A stretch of DNA of 41,218 nt from a virus (Duplodnaviria; Caudoviricetes), in IMG/VR virus record IMGVR_UViG_3300029823_000374, positions 1 to 41,218 of that record; one strand, written 5' to 3'. Every line of letters starts with the position of its first letter. Within the stretch, counting starts at the first letter, position 1. Below the pieces are notes generated by a model. The model was not told the origin of the DNA. It was given only the letters and a program-made list of their open reading frames with translations, and made no database searches. The position numbers and the translations under genes are program-made. Positions 8,515 through 19,378 of the stretch are shown piece after piece.

Positions 8515-10290
8515 TTAGCTTGTTGGTGTGCTTGGCATATGATCTGCTACATACTGCTGTACATATAATTCTGTCGCAAGCCTTTGTTTAACTCCATTAG
8601 AATTTACGATAAAAACAACTCCATTACCTTCTGTATCATCACCATTTATTTCAGCTTTTACTTGTCCATCCTTATTCAATATTTCTAATACTCCAAAGTC
8701 CCCATCCTTTGCTATACCTAATTTTAATCGAGGTTTATCTTCTCCATCATTGTATAAAATAAAAGTACCTCCATTATTTTCGGAAGTACCATTTTCACTA
8801 CCTGCTTTCACATTTAAATTTCCATCATTATCGAAAATTTCTGTTAATCCACCGTTATTATTTTTCCAATTTTCAATAAGTGTCTTTCCTCCACTTGTTA
8901 CTTCCTGCTTTCCATCATGTATAACTTCTCCATCAGTATCAACATAAAAAGCATATACGCCATTAGCTTTAGTTATTTTAATTCCTACATCAGGATCTAT
9001 TTTTATTGTATTCGTGCCATTGGTTAGAGATATATAGCCATTTACTATATTCAAATGTCCTTTACTGTCAATATAAAATACTTTCACATCACCATTTGTT
9101 ATGGAGATACCATCCTTAGCGTTTAAAAGTAACATTACATCACCTTTTTTAATCCTTAGTCCAAAACTATCACCTATTTGTACTCCATCATAAATGCCCT
9201 CATTTCTAACCATAGAACCTACAATAGAACTTAAAGAATTAGTAAGGCTTGGAGCTTTATTACTCAATGTTACTTTTGGTTTATATACTTCGTTTAAATC
9301 TGTATCATATTCAACAACCTTCCAAGTTTCATCTATTCCCATTAAAAAATTTGTTATATGCACACTTGTAGTTTCATCTATCATATCAGTGCTTACATTT
9401 GCTAAAGAAGCTAGGTCAACAACATCAAGTTCTAGTGATTGCTTAGGACTTGTATAACTTGATAATTGAGCTTCACATTGACTCTTTAACTCTGTATCAT
9501 CATCTACATCTGAGAATTCTACAGTTTTATATATAAATCCATACTTAGCTACTGCGTCAGCATCTTCGAGGTACTTCTTCCCATCATTAACATTGTTTAT
9601 AGTCAAACCATTTGCTCCTATAGGTACTATCCTAGTTCCAAATGTTTGGTCGTCAGTTTGTATTAAACTTAATAAATTCTGCCCTAATGTAACATCTATA
9701 ATCTTGTCATTTGTAATTGCCAAATAATCTAGGTAATTAATTCCATTTTCTTTCCTTAACTGTAAATATCCTAAATCTTCGTTATAAACATACTTAGTTA
9801 TACATTCCAAAGTAGTTTCATTGTTTGTGGTGCAAAAAATCCAATCGGTAACAGTTACGTTTCCTAACTGGATTTTTTTATAATCTTCTATTTGGCTATT
9901 ATGATAATCCAAAAATATTTGTAACATTTCCTGTGCTGTCTTATCTTCATAAATTACACTATCCTGAACAGTATCTTGAAGATAATTTAATTCACCTTCA
10001 CAAACTACCTCTTTATATATTGCCTTGTCACCAAAAGCAAATTTTGCTGTATAGACTCTCCCTGCAAATATTTCTGTATTATCTCTTAAATCTATAACTT
10101 TAACCCTTGTAGCCATTCTAACTAAAAGATTAAATCCTGGGTTATTAGGGTATATAGAAAAATTTAGTTGCTGCGCCTGCCCCCTTGCTTTATTTATATG
10201 AGGGCTTATAACTTTAGGAATATTATTATCTGGACTAGGATAATGTATTGTTGTTTCGATTGAACCATTTATTAAAATAATTTGATACAT
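8515..10290 (-). CDS. Tail-associated (Tal-like) prophage tail endopeptidase-family protein
   Basis: FSIYPNNPG, IFAGRV, CEGELNYLQD and TRIVPIG motifs; follows Dit. Confidence 0.85.
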   Translation of the reverse strand: MYQIILINGSIETTIHYPSPDNNIPKVISPHINKARGQAQQLNFSIYPNNPGFNLLVRMATRVKVIDLRDNTEIFAGRVYTAKFAFGDKAIYKEVVCEGELNYLQDTVQDSVIYEDKTAQEMLQIFLDYHNSQIEDYKKIQLGNVTVTDWIFCTTNNETTLECITKYVYNEDLGYLQLRKENGINYLDYLAITNDKIIDVTLGQNLLSLIQTDDQTFGTRIVPIGANGLTINNVNDGKKYLEDADAVAKYGFIYKTVEFSDVDDDTELKSQCEAQLSSYTSPKQSLELDVVDLASLANVSTDMIDETTSVHITNFLMGIDETWKVVEYDTDLNEVYKPKVTLSNKAPSLTNSLSSIVGSMVRNEGIYDGVQIGDSFGLRIKKGDVMLLLNAKDGISITNGDVKVFYIDSKGHLNIVNGYISLTNGTNTIKIDPDVGIKITKANGVYAFYVDTDGEVIHDGKQEVTSGGKTLIENWKNNNGGLTEIFDNDGNLNVKAGSENGTSENNGGTFILYNDGEDKPRLKLGIAKDGDFGVLEILNKDGQVKAEINGDDTEGNGVVFIVNSNGVKQRLATELYVQQYVADHMPSTPTS

Positions 10291-10304
10291 TTGTAGTCCT
10301 CCTA

Positions 10305-11009
10305 TTATAAAGTCTGTTCCGTAAATGTAATGGTTATTGTTCCAGTTCCATTTACAGTTAGATAGTTAATACCTTTTTTTAATCTAATTCCATATATATT
10401 ATTATCTCCAGCAACTAAGTTATAGGTAATGCCTTTAAACGTTAAAGCCATAGCTGCTGTACTTGTTATTACTGGAGTTACATCCATTCCGGCATTACCT
10501 ATTTGTAAACTTGTTTCTCCATTTATATAAAATTGGTTAGTATAAGCTGTATAATCTGTTTCAAAACAAAATAAATCCCAAGAGTCAAAACCAAACTCAA
10601 GCATATTGTATTTAAATGGTTGAGCTATAAACTCCAATTTTAATGTTCCAAGCTCCTTAAAATCATCCAAACTAGGAGCAGCTTCTAGTTTGGATAAATA
10701 ATAATGGAATAGATCATTAGAATATATTAATTGTTGTTCTCCTGGACTTAATAACCATTCTAAAACTTCACTATATAGTACTGATAATGCTTCCATATTT
10801 AACTTAGGAACATGAAACTCTACTTCTATTTTTCTTTTTTGATAAGTAACTTCTCCCATGCTTCCAATAGTAGAAAAATCTAAATTACCATTAGTAAAAG
10901 GAATATCTATCTTAATTATGTTTGGTGTAGGAGGTTGGGGCTTAAAGTAATTTAAAATAAGCCCAAAGTCTGTATAAGAGCCTTTGCCATTATAAAATAT
11001 TTCGACCAT
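10305..11009 (-). CDS. Distal tail protein (Dit)
   Basis: NGKGSYTDFGL, IPFTNGNLDFS, AQPFKY, LKKGIN; immediately after the TMP. Confidence 0.85.
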   Translation of the reverse strand: MVEIFYNGKGSYTDFGLILNYFKPQPPTPNIIKIDIPFTNGNLDFSTIGSMGEVTYQKRKIEVEFHVPKLNMEALSVLYSEVLEWLLSPGEQQLIYSNDLFHYYLSKLEAAPSLDDFKELGTLKLEFIAQPFKYNMLEFGFDSWDLFCFETDYTAYTNQFYINGETSLQIGNAGMDVTPVITSTAAMALTFKGITYNLVAGDNNIYGIRLKKGINYLTVNGTGTITITFTEQTL

Positions 11010-11010
11010 A

Positions 11011-14000
11011 TTACCTTAACCCCCTCTGTGCTAATGCTAGACTAGTGCCTTGCATTGAATTAGTATATGGTGTTGTAACTGCAGCTACTTCTTTTCCATC
11101 TAAATATAAATGATTTTGGATAGTAAGTTTAGCTGAATTAGCTACAGGATTTTGTTGAGTTGAACTATCAGATACACTATTACTGCTAGAAGATAAATTT
11201 AAAGAAGACATATCATCATTTAAACTATTTATCTGGGACTTAATACTGTCAATCATATCAGGTATAGCAGATAAAGAATTCTTTAACCCATCTACTAGTC
11301 TATCTCCTAAGCTAGAACCAGCAAGCTCGTAATCTTTACCATAACTTTTTAACAAGGCTACAATTTCTTTCTGATTATTATCTACTAAAAGCTTTTGTGC
11401 TTCGGCATCTATGTTCGCATCCTTTAATTTATCAGTATAGAAGCTCTCTATATTTTTAATCATTTGGTCGTTGTTATCTTTTAACTGGTCAATTTGATCC
11501 TGCAAATCTTGTTTTTCATGTCTTCTGTTTTCAGTTTTATTTAAATCGTCCAGTTCATCTTGCAGTTCCTTCTTTTTTTCAGCACCATAGTGCATATTTA
11601 GTTCTTTCTCTAGCTCAGTTCTTTTATCTTCATCATCTTCATCATCATATTGAATATCAAGTGCATCCATTTTAGCTTGCAGTATTTTAGTTTGAGTATC
11701 AGTTGTAAGGTTAACCTGATCCTCCGCTGCCTGTTTTTCATCTTCATATTGCTGTTTCAGTGATTCTTTTAATTTATCATTAATATCATTTAAATCACTT
11801 ATTTCAGTTTCCTTCAATTTATCCGCTAAGTCTTTAACGGCTTTCCCTGTTTCCTGATATGCTGTTCTTAGATCTTCAACCTTTTTTAATTCTGCAGTAG
11901 CCTTATCTGAATCAGCACCATATTGTTCAGCTAATTTATTATATTCTTCAGTCAATATATTTATCTCTGTGCTCTGGTCAGTCATAACTCCAAGAAGGTT
12001 TCTTACATCTGTTTCATAGTCACCAGTAGTTGTCTGCAGCATTTTAATTTTTGCATCTAATTGACTAATTGCGTTATCTGCGGTAACAGCTCCACTATTA
12101 TAATCCTCAAAATACTTTGTCCTTGTATCTCTCTCTGGCATAACTGAATCTGCAAGGATTGTACCAAGTTTTAAAGCACTGTTATTTATATATACACTAT
12201 TATCACTCAACCCTTTAGCAAGTTCATTTACAAAATCAGGCATCCAACTCTGGAAGTCCTTTAAAGATCCTTCTGTCACTTTATTAGGATTAAGGGCATT
12301 GCTTATACCACTACCTATATTATCAATAGCCTTTTTAAATATATCTAAGCTGTTATTTATTCCATCTGAAGCACCCTTTATTAAATTAGTACCTATAGAT
12401 TCTCCTGCAGCTTTGAATGTATTTATCTTGCTATTTATTTCATCTGCAATATTTTTTATTAAATTAGTTCCTGAACCATTACCTAATGCAGACATAGTGT
12501 CTTGGTTGTTTAAAATTGTTTCTCCCCCAGTTTCAGAATATTCTAACTCAGGTCCATTTTCACCAACAAGTCTCCAACCTGCTAGTGCATTATCAGTACC
12601 ACTTGCATATCCTAAATAACCGTTGCCATCCATAAGTCCTGTTATGTTGTAAGGATTACCTCCCCAACTTTCCCTTATTTCTCTTATAGCTGCTCGAACA
12701 CTCATTACAGGGTTAAATATTCCTGCGTCACTTCCAAAGAAACTGCGGAATGTACTTGGTAACACCTGCATTAATCCACTTGCAAATTCGCTACCAACAC
12801 CTACGTTGTTGACTAGACTAGGATTACCTGTACCTAGCGTTCCCGGGTTTCCACTTTCACGAGAAGCTATCATTTCAAGTGGAAGGAACCAGCTCATAGG
12901 GGCACCCTCTGCCATCATACCAGCTAAAATCCATTCAGATATATTGCCACCAAGTACACTGGCGGCTCCTAACATAGGTGCAAGTTTATTTTTAAATATT
13001 GCGGCTGCATCTTTAGAAGTAATTCCGTTAATAAGTCCGTCTATAGCCATTTCGCCAGCCCATGTTGTTTTTCTTGAAGGACTGTGTTCATCAAACCCAT
13101 CAGGTCCCGTTATTGCACTTAGAATTTTTTGTACTAATTCTTTAGCTATAGAAACTGCATTGGATTCTGACTGTCTCATACCTTCTGCAATAGAATTACC
13201 TGCATTTAGTCCATATTGAGTACAGCCTTGTGCAAAGGTAGAAAAAGTATTGCCAAGTTGAGAATCAAGATTATTTGCAGAACTTATTACAGTACCAACA
13301 GTATTATTTATTCCACTAGAAATTGATGTATCTGTAGTCTGTCCATACTTTATGGATGCATTAGCAAAAGCATTTAGGTTATTACCTAAAGTAGTAGTTA
13401 CCTTATTACCTGCACTCATTACTGCATTAGAGTTATTACTTATACCATTACCGACACTACTATCTGTATTTATTCCATAGTTTACTGAATTACTTGCAAA
13501 AGTATCTAAATTTTTATCTAAAGTATCAGTTACACCTTTTTGTGCATTTGTTACTACGTCAGCACTGTTGTTTATGCCATTTCCTATACTTATATTTGTG
13601 TTTGTACCGTAGTTTACTGAGCTAGTTGCAAAGGTGTTTAAGTTTTTATCAAGAGTATCTGTCACTTTCTTTGCTGCAGTTGTCACTACATTAGCACTAC
13701 TAGTTACACCACTACCTATAGATTTATTTGTATTTATTCCATAATTTATTGAGTTCGTTGTAAATTCATTTAAAATTTTACTTATTAAGTTGATTAAATT
13801 ATTAAAAGGATTTATAACATTATCTTTGCTTCCTGATATACTTCTACCTAATTTTTGTGTTACGCTTTCACTTTTTATTTTTTCATCAGTTGAAGCATTA
13901 TTGGAAGTTGCATTTATAGTAGGGTTAACATTTTTAACATTAGATTGAATATCAGATGTTACTTTTTTCATGGCATCAGTTACTTTATATTTATTGTCAG

Positions 14001-16998
14001 TAATGCCTTTTGCGAGATTTTCCATAAAATCAGGCATCCAAGTATCATCATCAGCAAGTAGACCTTCTTCTGGTGTAGAATGATGCAGATAACTCCATAT
14101 TGTTTCTGCAACATTTTTAACTGCATCTCCAAGTGCTTTAATTCCGCCCTTAATACCATTTATAATACCCTGTATTATATCTTTGCCCCATTGTAAAGCA
14201 TCTTTAGCGATATTGCTTACAGAACTTTTTAAATCACCCCATACATTAGAGAAAATACTCTTAAAATCTCCCCAAGCTTTACTCCAATGTCCAGTGGCTA
14301 AATCCAATCCAACCTTAATAACTCCACTAATAATGTCCCATGCAACCTTTATTACTCCAGTCATTGCATCCCATGCAAGCTTAAGTGTATCTTTTACTGC
14401 ACTCCATGCTGGTCCCCAAATACCTTTTATAACTCCAATACCTGTTGAAATTGCAGTATACATTACAGCTAATGCAGGGGCTATTACAACTTTCATCACA
14501 TCCCAAACTTCAACAAAGACTTCCTTAATCTCAGGCCATACTTGGTTCCAGAATGATTGAATTTGTGTAACTGCACCAGTAATTGTAGGGCCTATATAAT
14601 TCCACACTGCAGTTATAGTATTTTGGATACTATTCCATACCTGTGTAAAAAACTGTTTAAATTGAGTAAAAATTTGATTCATATTGCCACCAAAAATTTG
14701 ATGTGCAAAATTTGATATTTTACTCCAATTAGCAATTATAGCTCCTGCACCAGCAGCTATCCCTAAGATTAAAGCACCCCAAGGGCTTGTAAATAATGCT
14801 AATGCTGTTTTTGCACCTGTCATTATCCCCTGTATAGAAAACATAGACTTTATTCCTGCTAAAACTTTAGGAGCTAGAGCTATAATGGTCGTTCCAAAGC
14901 TAGTAAATGCACCCTTAAATACTCCAAACAAACTTGGTATCTTAGAAAATACTCCAGTTAATAATGTAGGTATATTTTTAAATGGTGCTATTATTTTTTC
15001 TGCTATTCCTGCAAAAGAAAAACTTTTAATAACTCCTGGTAAAGATTTAAAACCATTAATTAATAACTGCCATGGTCCAAACATTAATGCTGATACTTTA
15101 CTTCCAAAAGAACTTAATCCTGCACCTAATCCAGAAAATAAAGCCGTTGATGTTACTACTTTTTCACCTAAACTGCCTAGACCAGAGCTTAACAAACTAA
15201 ATGGCTTAGATAATACACTAAATAAGCCACCTGCTTCACCTATCTTAGTACTTAAAGTTCCAAATGCATCAGTTATAGTTCCTGTTGCTGTAATTACATT
15301 TGCAATTCCTAAAATTAACGGTCCAATTGCGGCAACCATAAGTCCCATATCTACAACAAATTGTCTCTGACTAGGGCTTAAACTATTTAACCATTCAGCT
15401 AGTCCTTTTATCATACTTGCCAATGTACTCAATAAAGGTGTTAACGCTTGACCTAACTCAATACTAGAGTTCTTAAGCTCATTAAGAGCTTTTTTAAAGT
15501 TCTGACCTGATGTATTGTTAACCTTTTGGAAAGCTTGATCCACATAGTTAGTATTGCTATTCATTTCTTTCAAAGATTCATTAAATAGACTCATACCACT
15601 TTGACTCGTAAGGGTAATCATTGCATTTAAACCCGCTACAGAGCCAAATAATTGTCCCATTTCTGCGGTATTTCCATGTGTTTTATCTTTAATTTCTTCA
15701 AGAAATTGTGCCCAACCTACAGATTTTACATGTGCTGCATCAAACTGCAGCCCTAATTGTTGTGCCATTTTACTAGCTTCATCTGAAGGTTTTATAACAT
15801 TAGAAAGTGCTTCTCTTAATCCTGAAATAGCTTCACTTGTACCAATACCATGTGCTGTCATAGTCGCAAGTGAACTAAATAAATCCTGTGTTTTTATATT
15901 CATATTAGCTGTAGTATCTGCTACTAAGCCAATAGATTGTGCCATTTCTCCCAGTGTTGTTTTGCCCAAATTTTGTGCAACCATCATCTGATTAGCTATT
16001 TTAATAGCATCCTCAGATTTCATGTTATAAGAGTTTAATACAGTGGTTAATCCATCAACTGCTGTGTGTGTATCAGTGAATCCTCCAACTGCTGCCTTTG
16101 TTGCTGTAGTCATAAAATTTAGTGAATTACCTGTTTGAACACCACTTGAAATAGCTTCATATAGTCCAGCGTTTAAATCATCAACACTCTTGCCAGTATC
16201 ATCACTAAGTTTTATTACTCCCTTACCAATGCTATCTATACTCGTTTGTGTAGTATCAGCAGTAGTTGAGATCTTAGCTAACCCATCAGAGAAATCATTG
16301 CTAAACTTCAAACTTGCTATACCTGCTGTTGCTAATGGTGCAGAAACATGAGTTGTAAGTGTTTCGCCTACACTAGAGAGCTTTTCTCCTACATTTTTAA
16401 ATCCCTCAGAAATACTATTAAGCTTTTCTCCAGCTTGTGTCCATGAACTAGATTGCACATCTATTTTTTTATTAGTTGACTCTAACTGACTTTCTAAGTT
16501 TTTTAATTTAGCTTCTGCATTGTTGACCTGTATTGTATAGCCATCTAAAGTTTTAGCATTATTACGTACTTTTTGTTCTTCATCTGTATATTGTTTATTT
16601 AACTCATCATAAGCTTGTTTTAACTCTTTTGTAGACTCTGCATTTTTTCCTTCCGCTGCTGCACTTTCTTGCCATGCTGTTTTAGCTTCATCAACTTTTT
16701 GTTTCAAATCAAGCATAGCTTTGGAATTATTCTCAAGGGTATTTTTAGATTTTTCCAACTGTCCTTGATATTTTTCTACTACCTGTCTTTGTAATTCTAT
16801 CTTCTCACCCAAGGCACTGGCATTACTCTGTAGTGCATCAACATTCTTTCCCCAATTTTTAAGACCTGCTATGCTATCTTTAAATGAACTATCTATTACA
16901 GACATATTTCTTTTTAAACTCTGTAAGCCTTGCTGAAAACTAGAATCATCCATAGCAAGTTTAACCGCTAAATTTCCAACGTCCTCTTCTCCTGCCAT
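11011..16998 (-). CDS. Tape measure protein with an internal lytic transglycosylase (SLT-like) domain
   Basis: 1995 aa; TP901-type core, W-periodic repeats, RESG...GLMQV...FNP SLT motifs. Confidence 0.95.
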   Translation of the reverse strand: MAGEEDVGNLAVKLAMDDSSFQQGLQSLKRNMSVIDSSFKDSIAGLKNWGKNVDALQSNASALGEKIELQRQVVEKYQGQLEKSKNTLENNSKAMLDLKQKVDEAKTAWQESAAAEGKNAESTKELKQAYDELNKQYTDEEQKVRNNAKTLDGYTIQVNNAEAKLKNLESQLESTNKKIDVQSSSWTQAGEKLNSISEGFKNVGEKLSSVGETLTTHVSAPLATAGIASLKFSNDFSDGLAKISTTADTTQTSIDSIGKGVIKLSDDTGKSVDDLNAGLYEAISSGVQTGNSLNFMTTATKAAVGGFTDTHTAVDGLTTVLNSYNMKSEDAIKIANQMMVAQNLGKTTLGEMAQSIGLVADTTANMNIKTQDLFSSLATMTAHGIGTSEAISGLREALSNVIKPSDEASKMAQQLGLQFDAAHVKSVGWAQFLEEIKDKTHGNTAEMGQLFGSVAGLNAMITLTSQSGMSLFNESLKEMNSNTNYVDQAFQKVNNTSGQNFKKALNELKNSSIELGQALTPLLSTLASMIKGLAEWLNSLSPSQRQFVVDMGLMVAAIGPLILGIANVITATGTITDAFGTLSTKIGEAGGLFSVLSKPFSLLSSGLGSLGEKVVTSTALFSGLGAGLSSFGSKVSALMFGPWQLLINGFKSLPGVIKSFSFAGIAEKIIAPFKNIPTLLTGVFSKIPSLFGVFKGAFTSFGTTIIALAPKVLAGIKSMFSIQGIMTGAKTALALFTSPWGALILGIAAGAGAIIANWSKISNFAHQIFGGNMNQIFTQFKQFFTQVWNSIQNTITAVWNYIGPTITGAVTQIQSFWNQVWPEIKEVFVEVWDVMKVVIAPALAVMYTAISTGIGVIKGIWGPAWSAVKDTLKLAWDAMTGVIKVAWDIISGVIKVGLDLATGHWSKAWGDFKSIFSNVWGDLKSSVSNIAKDALQWGKDIIQGIINGIKGGIKALGDAVKNVAETIWSYLHHSTPEEGLLADDDTWMPDFMENLAKGITDNKYKVTDAMKKVTSDIQSNVKNVNPTINATSNNASTDEKIKSESVTQKLGRSISGSKDNVINPFNNLINLISKILNEFTTNSINYGINTNKSIGSGVTSSANVVTTAAKKVTDTLDKNLNTFATSSVNYGTNTNISIGNGINNSADVVTNAQKGVTDTLDKNLDTFASNSVNYGINTDSSVGNGISNNSNAVMSAGNKVTTTLGNNLNAFANASIKYGQTTDTSISSGINNTVGTVISSANNLDSQLGNTFSTFAQGCTQYGLNAGNSIAEGMRQSESNAVSIAKELVQKILSAITGPDGFDEHSPSRKTTWAGEMAIDGLINGITSKDAAAIFKNKLAPMLGAASVLGGNISEWILAGMMAEGAPMSWFLPLEMIASRESGNPGTLGTGNPSLVNNVGVGSEFASGLMQVLPSTFRSFFGSDAGIFNPVMSVRAAIREIRESWGGNPYNITGLMDGNGYLGYASGTDNALAGWRLVGENGPELEYSETGGETILNNQDTMSALGNGSGTNLIKNIADEINSKINTFKAAGESIGTNLIKGASDGINNSLDIFKKAIDNIGSGISNALNPNKVTEGSLKDFQSWMPDFVNELAKGLSDNSVYINNSALKLGTILADSVMPERDTRTKYFEDYNSGAVTADNAISQLDAKIKMLQTTTGDYETDVRNLLGVMTDQSTEINILTEEYNKLAEQYGADSDKATAELKKVEDLRTAYQETGKAVKDLADKLKETEISDLNDINDKLKESLKQQYEDEKQAAEDQVNLTTDTQTKILQAKMDALDIQYDDEDDEDKRTELEKELNMHYGAEKKKELQDELDDLNKTENRRHEKQDLQDQIDQLKDNNDQMIKNIESFYTDKLKDANIDAEAQKLLVDNNQKEIVALLKSYGKDYELAGSSLGDRLVDGLKNSLSAIPDMIDSIKSQINSLNDDMSSLNLSSSSNSVSDSSTQQNPVANSAKLTIQNHLYLDGKEVAAVTTPYTNSMQGTSLALAQRGLR

Positions 16999-17044
16999 TT
17001 ATCTCACCTGCCTTTCATAAGGCAAAATAAAAAGCTCTATATGC

Positions 17045-17254
17045 TTAAAAAATCTCATTCGCATATAGAACCTGTTTCTCTTTCTCAAGTCCATTAAAAA
17101 TTTTATATTCATGATACAGTTTGAAGAACTTCCTTGGAGTTGTCCTCCAGAACTGTCTTTCTGCCATATTTAGACAAGTAGTTGCAATTATAATTAATCT
17201 CGCCCAAGGGAATCCTTCTTCTTTGTATCTGCTGGCGTTTCCTTGGGTTGATCG
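17045..17254 (-). CDS. -1 frameshift extension of the tail assembly chaperone (gpGT-like C-terminus)
   Basis: A AAA AAC slippery site at 17254-17260; the -1 frame stays open for 69 codons (..FPWARL..NMAERQFWRTTPRKF..) to TAA at 17045. Confidence 0.8.
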   Translation of the reverse strand, partial: RSTQGNASRYKEEGFPWARLIIIATTCLNMAERQFWRTTPRKFFKLYHEYKIFNGLEKEKQVLYANEIF

Positions 17255-17574
17255 TTTTTTTGTTTATTATCTGCTTTAGGCAATGAAAGCCCTAACGCAA
17301 GTATTAATTTATCAGATAACTCCTTAAATTGTGGAGCTTTTATTAAATGTCCTGCATCTTTTTCATTTAACTTTTCATCTTCATTTTTTAATCCCAACCA
17401 CGTTATATACCTTAAGTCTTTCATGCTCCCTTTTCCTATTGCTTTAAACACTTCATTGACGCTACCATATTTCTCCTCCATTTCGCAAAATGAATCTAAA
17501 TCAAAGACTAAATGTCTCTCTTTATCTAAATTTATAGTTACTCCTATTTGTTTCATATCTCTACCTTCACTCAT
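17194..17574 (-). CDS. Tail assembly chaperone (gpG-like)
   Basis: Between the major tail gene and TMP; LDKERHLVFDLDSFCEMEEKYG; start probably ATG 17574 (RBS GGAAGG). Confidence 0.85.
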   Translation of the reverse strand: MSEGRDMKQIGVTINLDKERHLVFDLDSFCEMEEKYGSVNEVFKAIGKGSMKDLRYITWLGLKNEDEKLNEKDAGHLIKAPQFKELSDKLILALGLSLPKADNKQKNDQPKETPADTKKKDSLGRD

Positions 17575-17694
17575 ATCTTTAATCTTCCTTCCCATTATTT
17601 TTTTTAATTTTATATTTATATAAACCTATAATTACTAGTTAAAATCAAAACTTTTCCCTCAAATTTTAAGAGAAAGAGGGCATAAGCCCTCTAA

Positions 17695-18612
17695 TTAAGC
17701 ACTTGCAGTAGTGAACTTAATTAACTGTGCGGCACAAGATTGTCCATAGATGTCTTTAACACCTTGTACGATTATGTTATAAGTTTTACTAGCTGTTAAA
17801 TTAGCACTAGGCGTAATAGTTAGAACCTTTCCTGTAATATCTAAAGCCATTGTATTTTCTACGAGAGCTTCATCTGTAACATTGTAAAGTAATACATTGC
17901 TATAATCCGCTATAGCATTATTAAATGTTAGTGTTGGTTTTTCATCCAATGCTACAGCAGTACCATTATTTGCTGGTACACTAGAAGCCAATTCTAATTT
18001 ATTTACAGCCACAAGAGAAGGAATAGGAACACTATTAAACCAAGTATCATCTATATCTTCTGGGCAATTTGGATCGGTCGTATCAATATGGTATTCCCAT
18101 GGATGTTTTTCATTTCCATCTACATCCTTAAATGACCATTCTGTTGGTTGTGCTGTTGCTGACAATTTAGGGGCTTCACTTAGATCTGGTTTCCCTTGTA
18201 AACTCTTTAAATCCTCATCTGGTGGTTCAAACAAATTTTTGTAAATAACACCATAACGGTGTCCCAAAACCCCATTAGTTTTAATAGGAGCTTTATATAA
18301 TAAGGCAATAAAAGGTGGCTTATCTGAATCTGCACTAATTGCACCACCCATACTCGATAAACTTTGTCCTAAAAGAAAAGCTCTTTCAGCACTAGACATA
18401 CTATATCTGCTCATAGATATATCTGCACTATCAAATTGTGTAGCTTGGTCTACAAGCCTATTTTCTGCATAAGCTTTTGTATTGTTTGTCTTTGGTTTTA
18501 TAGAAAGCTCTTGCACATTTTTATAATATTGAGGTGTAGTAAAAGTCATTCCACCTGATGTATCTGTAAGTTGTTTAGCAACATATAATTTTTCTATACC
18601 CATTAAAGGCAT
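17695..18612 (-). CDS. Major tail protein (phi13-like) with C-terminal Ig-like domain
   Basis: GIEKLYVA, AYAEN; C-terminal SSVPANN...LTFN...LTITPSANL....YNI Ig-like signature. Confidence 0.9.
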   Translation of the reverse strand: MPLMGIEKLYVAKQLTDTSGGMTFTTPQYYKNVQELSIKPKTNNTKAYAENRLVDQATQFDSADISMSRYSMSSAERAFLLGQSLSSMGGAISADSDKPPFIALLYKAPIKTNGVLGHRYGVIYKNLFEPPDEDLKSLQGKPDLSEAPKLSATAQPTEWSFKDVDGNEKHPWEYHIDTTDPNCPEDIDDTWFNSVPIPSLVAVNKLELASSVPANNGTAVALDEKPTLTFNNAIADYSNVLLYNVTDEALVENTMALDITGKVLTITPSANLTASKTYNIIVQGVKDIYGQSCAAQLIKFTTASA

Positions 18613-18659
18613 ATATAATCATCTCCTTATAATTTTTTGCAAAATAAAAAAGCACTCAT

Positions 18660-18983
18660 TTATTGAGAGCTCTCAACATATTTAAATCTAATTACTTTGT
18701 GATATGTTTTTGTATCATCTTCATATAATTCAGTTGAATATATTCTATAATATCCAGCTTCTTTCATAAGCTGTAAAACTTGTTTTGCTAAATCTGCAAA
18801 ATCTCCTTTTGTCCATATATCAATTTGAACAAAATAGCTTGTATCTATTTCTCTATTTTCTGCAAATGCCTCACCATTTTCGTTATAAAAGAAATAAGTT
18901 ATATACGTTGTATCAGTACCATTGTAGTGTAATCTACTTACTTTTACTCCTGTAGGTGCTAATATAGTAGATAACTTAATCAT
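18660..18983 (-). CDS. Tail completion/terminator protein
   Basis: YITYF, VQIDIW, YEDDTKTYHKVIRF; gene order. Confidence 0.8.
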   Translation of the reverse strand: MIKLSTILAPTGVKVSRLHYNGTDTTYITYFFYNENGEAFAENREIDTSYFVQIDIWTKGDFADLAKQVLQLMKEAGYYRIYSTELYEDDTKTYHKVIRFKYVESSQ

Positions 18984-19366
18984 AAGCCTAAACCTTCCTT
19001 AAGCTTTTCTTTTATAATTTGTTTAGCTTCTCCCTTCTTGTTTTCATATGAAGGACTCATAAATGGCTTTGCACTCATTTTGGAAGTACCAAATTCTAAG
19101 AACTTAGCTCTCCAGTTAGTATTTTTTCCTGGTCCAATTCTTACATATTTTGTACCATCCTTAGTTTTAACATTAGAAACTTGTATATCATCCCTTATAT
19201 GTTTTTCGTTAAGATTACTTACTCGGACTAAGCTTTTCATATCTTCTGCAACGGGTTCAGCCGCCGCTTTTAAAGCTTTATTTTGCACAGTTGAACCTTT
19301 TCGTCCTAACTCTTGTATTCTATCAAGTAATCCATCCATACCAGTAAGTTCAGCTTCTACACCCAT
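18980..19366 (-). CDS. HK97 gp10-like neck protein
   Basis: KFLEFGTSKMSAKPFM motif; ATG 19366 with AGGAGG RBS. Confidence 0.9.
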   Translation of the reverse strand: MGVEAELTGMDGLLDRIQELGRKGSTVQNKALKAAAEPVAEDMKSLVRVSNLNEKHIRDDIQVSNVKTKDGTKYVRIGPGKNTNWRAKFLEFGTSKMSAKPFMSPSYENKKGEAKQIIKEKLKEGLGL

Positions 19367-19378
19367 AACACACACCTC

